Part shown: positions 62,885 to 64,000 of the stretch, one piece after another
How the letters are laid out: every line of letters begins with the position of its first letter
How positions within the stretch are numbered: the first letter of the stretch is position 1
Source: the human T2T-CHM13v2.0 reference genome, Homo sapiens
Assembly (NCBI RefSeq): GCF_009914755.1
Contig: NC_060928.1
Reading direction: 5' to 3' (one strand)
DNA: 64,000 nucleotides
Notes under the pieces: generated by a model
The model's input: only the letters and a program-made list of their open reading frames with translations
Databases searched by the model: none
What the model was told of the DNA's origin: nothing
Made by a program: the position numbers and the translations under genes

Positions 62885-63560
62885 GCTGCGGCCCCGACCG
62901 TCGGGGGCTCCGGCGTCACAGAGCCTGTCCCTTGTATCTGGGAGCCCCGGGGAAGGCGCAGGGGCGTGAGAAATGCTCTTTGTATTCAGAGCGGTCACCC
63001 AGCAGAGCCGGAGCCTTCCACCGCCAGGTTTTCCTCCGCGCAAGGCGCCGCCGGGAAGCGAATTGGCTCCGACAGTCGCGGGGGCGGGGGCGGCCTCAGA
63101 CGCGGCGGGCTCGCGAGCTCAGGGGCGGAGTCGTGGCCCTCCCGTCCCGGCTCCCTCGGTAGGCTGCCTGCGCCCCCAAAGCCGCGCCCACGGCCCGCCC
63201 ACCCGCCGCCTGCCCCTCCCCTCCCCGGTCCGCCTCTTCCCGCTCCTCCCGGCCCGCCGGAGCGGCCGTCTCCTTCTTCCTCCACGGCCCACCTCTTCTC
63301 CCCCACGATCTTCCTCCCCTAGCGTCCACAGGCCGCCTCCGCCGCCTACGACCCTCCTCCTGCTGATTCCCCCCCACCACCGCCCGCCTCGTCGCCCCCG
63401 CGGAGCGCGCGGGAGGGAGGGACCGGGAGCGGCAGGGGCTGCACATGACCTGGGGCGCGGGAAGGAGCCCGCTGCCGTCTAGGCCCGCGAAGGGCCCCGG
63501 CAGCCGCCGACTTCTGAGGAAAAGCAGAACGGTGTTTGGTTTACTAAAGTAGCCGCCTCC
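62885..63560. promoter_or_regulatory. CpG island with GC boxes and an inverted CCAAT
   Basis: Very GC- and CpG-rich non-repeat stretch; ATTGG 63062-63066, GGGGCGGGG 63081-63089, GGGGCGGAG 63122-63130. Confidence 0.85.
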
Positions 63561-64000
63561 TACCACTCTTCCTCCCCAGCCCCGCTCTCTGCTCCCCACA
63601 CCCCCTTCCGTTTACTCCTAGTTACCAAGACCGTCCTTCTCTTAGGATTTCTGTTGAATAGAAAATACAATTAAAAGTCGCAGCACCACCCCTGCCTCCC
63701 GCCCCACAAACTCCTAGTGATTATTTTTGTCTCTTAGCCCTAGGTCGGGTTAAATACATTCCCCGGGAGCCATCTGGTCTGATTCCCGGCAACCTTCGTA
63801 TGGTTTCCATTAAGCTCTCCAAAAGCATGCATTGAAAAGGCAGCCCTGTAGCCACTTAGGAACCTCCGGAGTTTTGCCCTGGCCAGCCCCAGTAGACATC
63901 CCAGGCAGAAGGAGAGAAAGGCCTCTGTTTAGGTTCCGAGTCTAGTACCTCATGATCCTGGTTTTAATCTCGAATTTCTTGGCTTTTCCTAGTCCAAGAA

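Noticed and set aside
62932-63599. ORFs of 100-169 aa in the CpG island
   Set aside because: Low-complexity products of GC-rich sequence, open on both strands, with no recognisable domain.

Overview
Human (primate) genomic DNA, not prokaryotic. The window holds the complete coding span of a six-exon plus-strand gene that I recognise as C4orf51 (from memory chr4q31.21, between MMAA and ZNF827). The CDS joins 10019-10251, 26610-26683, 56962-57020, 59220-59280, 59943-60016 and 62499-62606: 609 nt, 202 aa, all introns GT-AG with matching phases. AATAAA follows at 62650, then a CpG island. The introns are mostly transposable elements: many Alus, L1 fragments, a 5'-inverted SVA with a 3' transduction, a sense-oriented LTR7/HERV-H provirus, an antisense MER50-like provirus, Tigger1 and several solo LTRs. 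Best lead: the HERV-H 5' LTR carries a shifted ATG and an open frame up to the HERV-H splice donor, in phase with C4orf51 exon 3, predicting a 152-aa HERV-H/C4orf51 chimeric protein. Also notable are fold-back and templated-insertion repair scars, two twin-primed retroposons and a triplicated PBS that now reads as three AP-1 sites. Repeat subfamily names come from recalled consensus sequences and need RepeatMasker confirmation.
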